Below, one piece after another: positions 62,201 through 64,000 of a stretch of DNA of 64,000 bases. Every line of letters begins with the position of its first letter. Within the stretch, counting starts at the first letter, position 1. Source of the DNA: Raillietiella orientalis (Eukaryota); the NCBI GenBank assembly GCA_036172245.1, contig JAYWIR010000040.1, positions 124,001 through 188,000 of the forward strand, in the 5' to 3' direction. Both the position numbers and the translations under genes were made by a program. Under the pieces are notes generated by a model, which was given only the letters and a program-made list of their open reading frames with translations, was not told where the DNA came from and did not search any database.

Positions 62201-64000
62201 TGGCTACTTCTCGGCGCGTGTCCACCCAGTTCTTTTCATGCATTTACCGATTGGGATGGACCCATTCAGCCAAGCAGCATCAACCCACAATAAGGAAATT
62301 TAGCATCAGGCCAAAATACACGCATGAAACGCTTGAAAATACAAAGGAAACGATGACGCTAAAAGAAAAAGGCATCAAATAAACTGAGTTCCCATCTAGA
62401 ATATTGGCACTGCTCCTACTGCTACGGTACAAAGGACTACTGAAGGGAGGGCAAGCGGCTTTTGGCTGACCTTAAAAGCACAAAAGAAAGATTCCACCAT
62501 GGAAAATAGAAGCTTCTACAGACGAAATGACTCTTGCGTCTGATGCTTCCACGAATTCGCTGCATTCTGAAATGCGAAATGGAAGGCAGCAAACGCGATG
62601 GTACGAGAGGTCGCAAGAAGTTGATGTGCACTGCAAACATTGAGATTGCGGATGTGCAGCAGTGCGATAGTGTTGGAAATGTGTCGTAATGACCTCAGTA
62701 GACATTAGCGTGGTATCCACGAAGGCACTTGTGTGCCATTGGAATATAAGCCATCAGAGTGTATCGGTGAACTAAGGCCTTCATGAATTCGATACACCAT
62801 CGATATTTGAGCTGATGAGGCAGAACTAGTCTTCTGCGAGGATTCCGTCGCGGAAAGATGACTTTTGCAAGAGCTCTAGGAATTCGCGGATAGAATCCAC
62901 TCCAAGTTTCGCCGTTCTGGGGATCAGAATTTCGAACCCAACTCGGAATTTGACATCATGTTAATGTGGACCCCATCGTGCAAATTTCTCAGGTAGATTG
63001 CATGTTATGTTCCAAGTGGAACGAAGCTTTGTGGTCTACTTTGTGGTCCTCGGTCTTCCGCGTTCAAACGGTCAACTGCAGCATTCCTATAAATTTATAT
63101 GTTGAATGCATGCGGAAATATGGTAGAAAAGTACCCAGTTTCCTTGGTCGGGTTTTCGAAAAATGGAATTGTTGTTCTTTGCTTTGCAAAGAGAAATTGT
63201 CACCGTTTCACTCTTTAATGGAGAGATCTGAGAGATACGCGGAAGAAACCAACCCATGTTCTGAACTCAAAGTTCTAAAATTCGGCTGAGCATCTTCAGA
63301 GCAAGATTCGAATGCGGAGACGTACCTTTTTATTTCGCTGCAGGAATGTAGAATCGCTATTGCAAAGATCAGGAGCTTCATTCCTTCCCAGCTACTGCAA
63401 CTTTTTCCGGAAATTTCGATGTGATTGGCTGAAAAGAAAAAAAAGACTTTTCGCTGTGGAAAGCAAATTCTGAATATGTTGAACTTTGCAAATGATTGAA
63501 GGTCGTGATAAAGAGTGAATGTTACGTTTTTACAGGATAACACTGGTAACAGTGTTGCAGTGTTAGACAAACCACAAAGTCGTCTGGTTGCTTGGCAGCA
63601 ATCCCAACTTAACAGCAACTGTCATGCGCAGCGAAAAACCCTGCAGCTATTGCTCTCGAAGTGGTAGCTATTGGACAAGGAAAATTGATACATTCTCTTA
63701 GTCTGTTTGTACCTTCTGAGCAAATGGGTACAAGCTTATCTTATAATCAGTCGACGTAAATTTGTAGGAGGTAAAGGTTATGGAATGATTGTAGTTTAGA
63801 AAACCCTTCCGTCAAGCAATCAACTTCGAAGTTCGTACGCACCTGAAGTCCACTGTACACGAAATGCAGTGTCGTTGCTTACCAAATGAATGAACAGTGT
63901 ACAGGAGAACTTTTTTCTGAACTTGGATGCACGCAACCACACAAACCGTGCGCAGATGAGTGAGAGTTTAGGGCGATCTGGAGGAAAGCATGGTTTCAGG
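56300..64000. repeat. Segmental tandem duplication, copy 2
   Basis: See copy 1. Offsets for the three near-identical blocks are 23187, 23220 and 23248. Confidence 0.95.
57769..63381 (-). pseudogene. Paralogous 9-exon pepsin-like pseudo-protease gene with premature stops
   Basis: Same exon layout: HSYLKLNIGIPELRMALLPHAAFDS; LGEDDITIG; YQGFLGVSP; ICRPCIAIFDFS; IVLGGLFTKHYRTVFD. In-frame TAA at 61129-61131 (exon 2) and TAG at 60210-60212 (exon 5). The exon-2 acceptor reads CTG instead of CAG. Confidence 0.82.

Noticed and set aside
57769..63381. Alternative genetic code (TAA/TAG read as sense) to rescue copy 2
   Set aside because: LINE ORF1s here end in TAA, copy 1 needs no readthrough, and copy 2 also has a splice-site lesion.
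1..64000. CRISPR array or intact prokaryotic operons
   Set aside because: No regularly spaced direct repeats were seen, and the context is eukaryotic (spliceosomal introns, LINEs, Pol III 5S genes).

Overview
Eukaryotic, probably invertebrate-animal, genomic DNA. Bases 1-32 kb are a retrotransposon graveyard: three same-strand, apparently nested L1/Tx1-like LINE 5' ends (CCHC ORF1 plus APE ORF2, Inr/DPE-type internal promoter, TAATG stop-start), several decayed Tx1-like and RLE-type (NeSL/Utopia/R2-like) elements, possible DIRS remnants, and three 5S rRNA copies. Bases 32-64 kb hold a tandem duplication (offset about 23.2 kb). Each copy contains a minus-strand 9-exon gene that the ORF track misses. 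Manual splicing gives a secreted pepsin/cathepsin-D-fold protein with the family's intron phases but without either catalytic DTG motif. Copy 1 (34582-40133) looks intact and copy 2 (57769-63381) has premature stops. The copies alternate between near-identical and strongly diverged blocks. Between them lies a decayed bacterial two-gene fragment (PQQ/BamB-like plus lpdA) that resembles Wolbachia. All assignments come from manual translation and motif recognition. No database searches were run, and boundaries of decayed elements are approximate.
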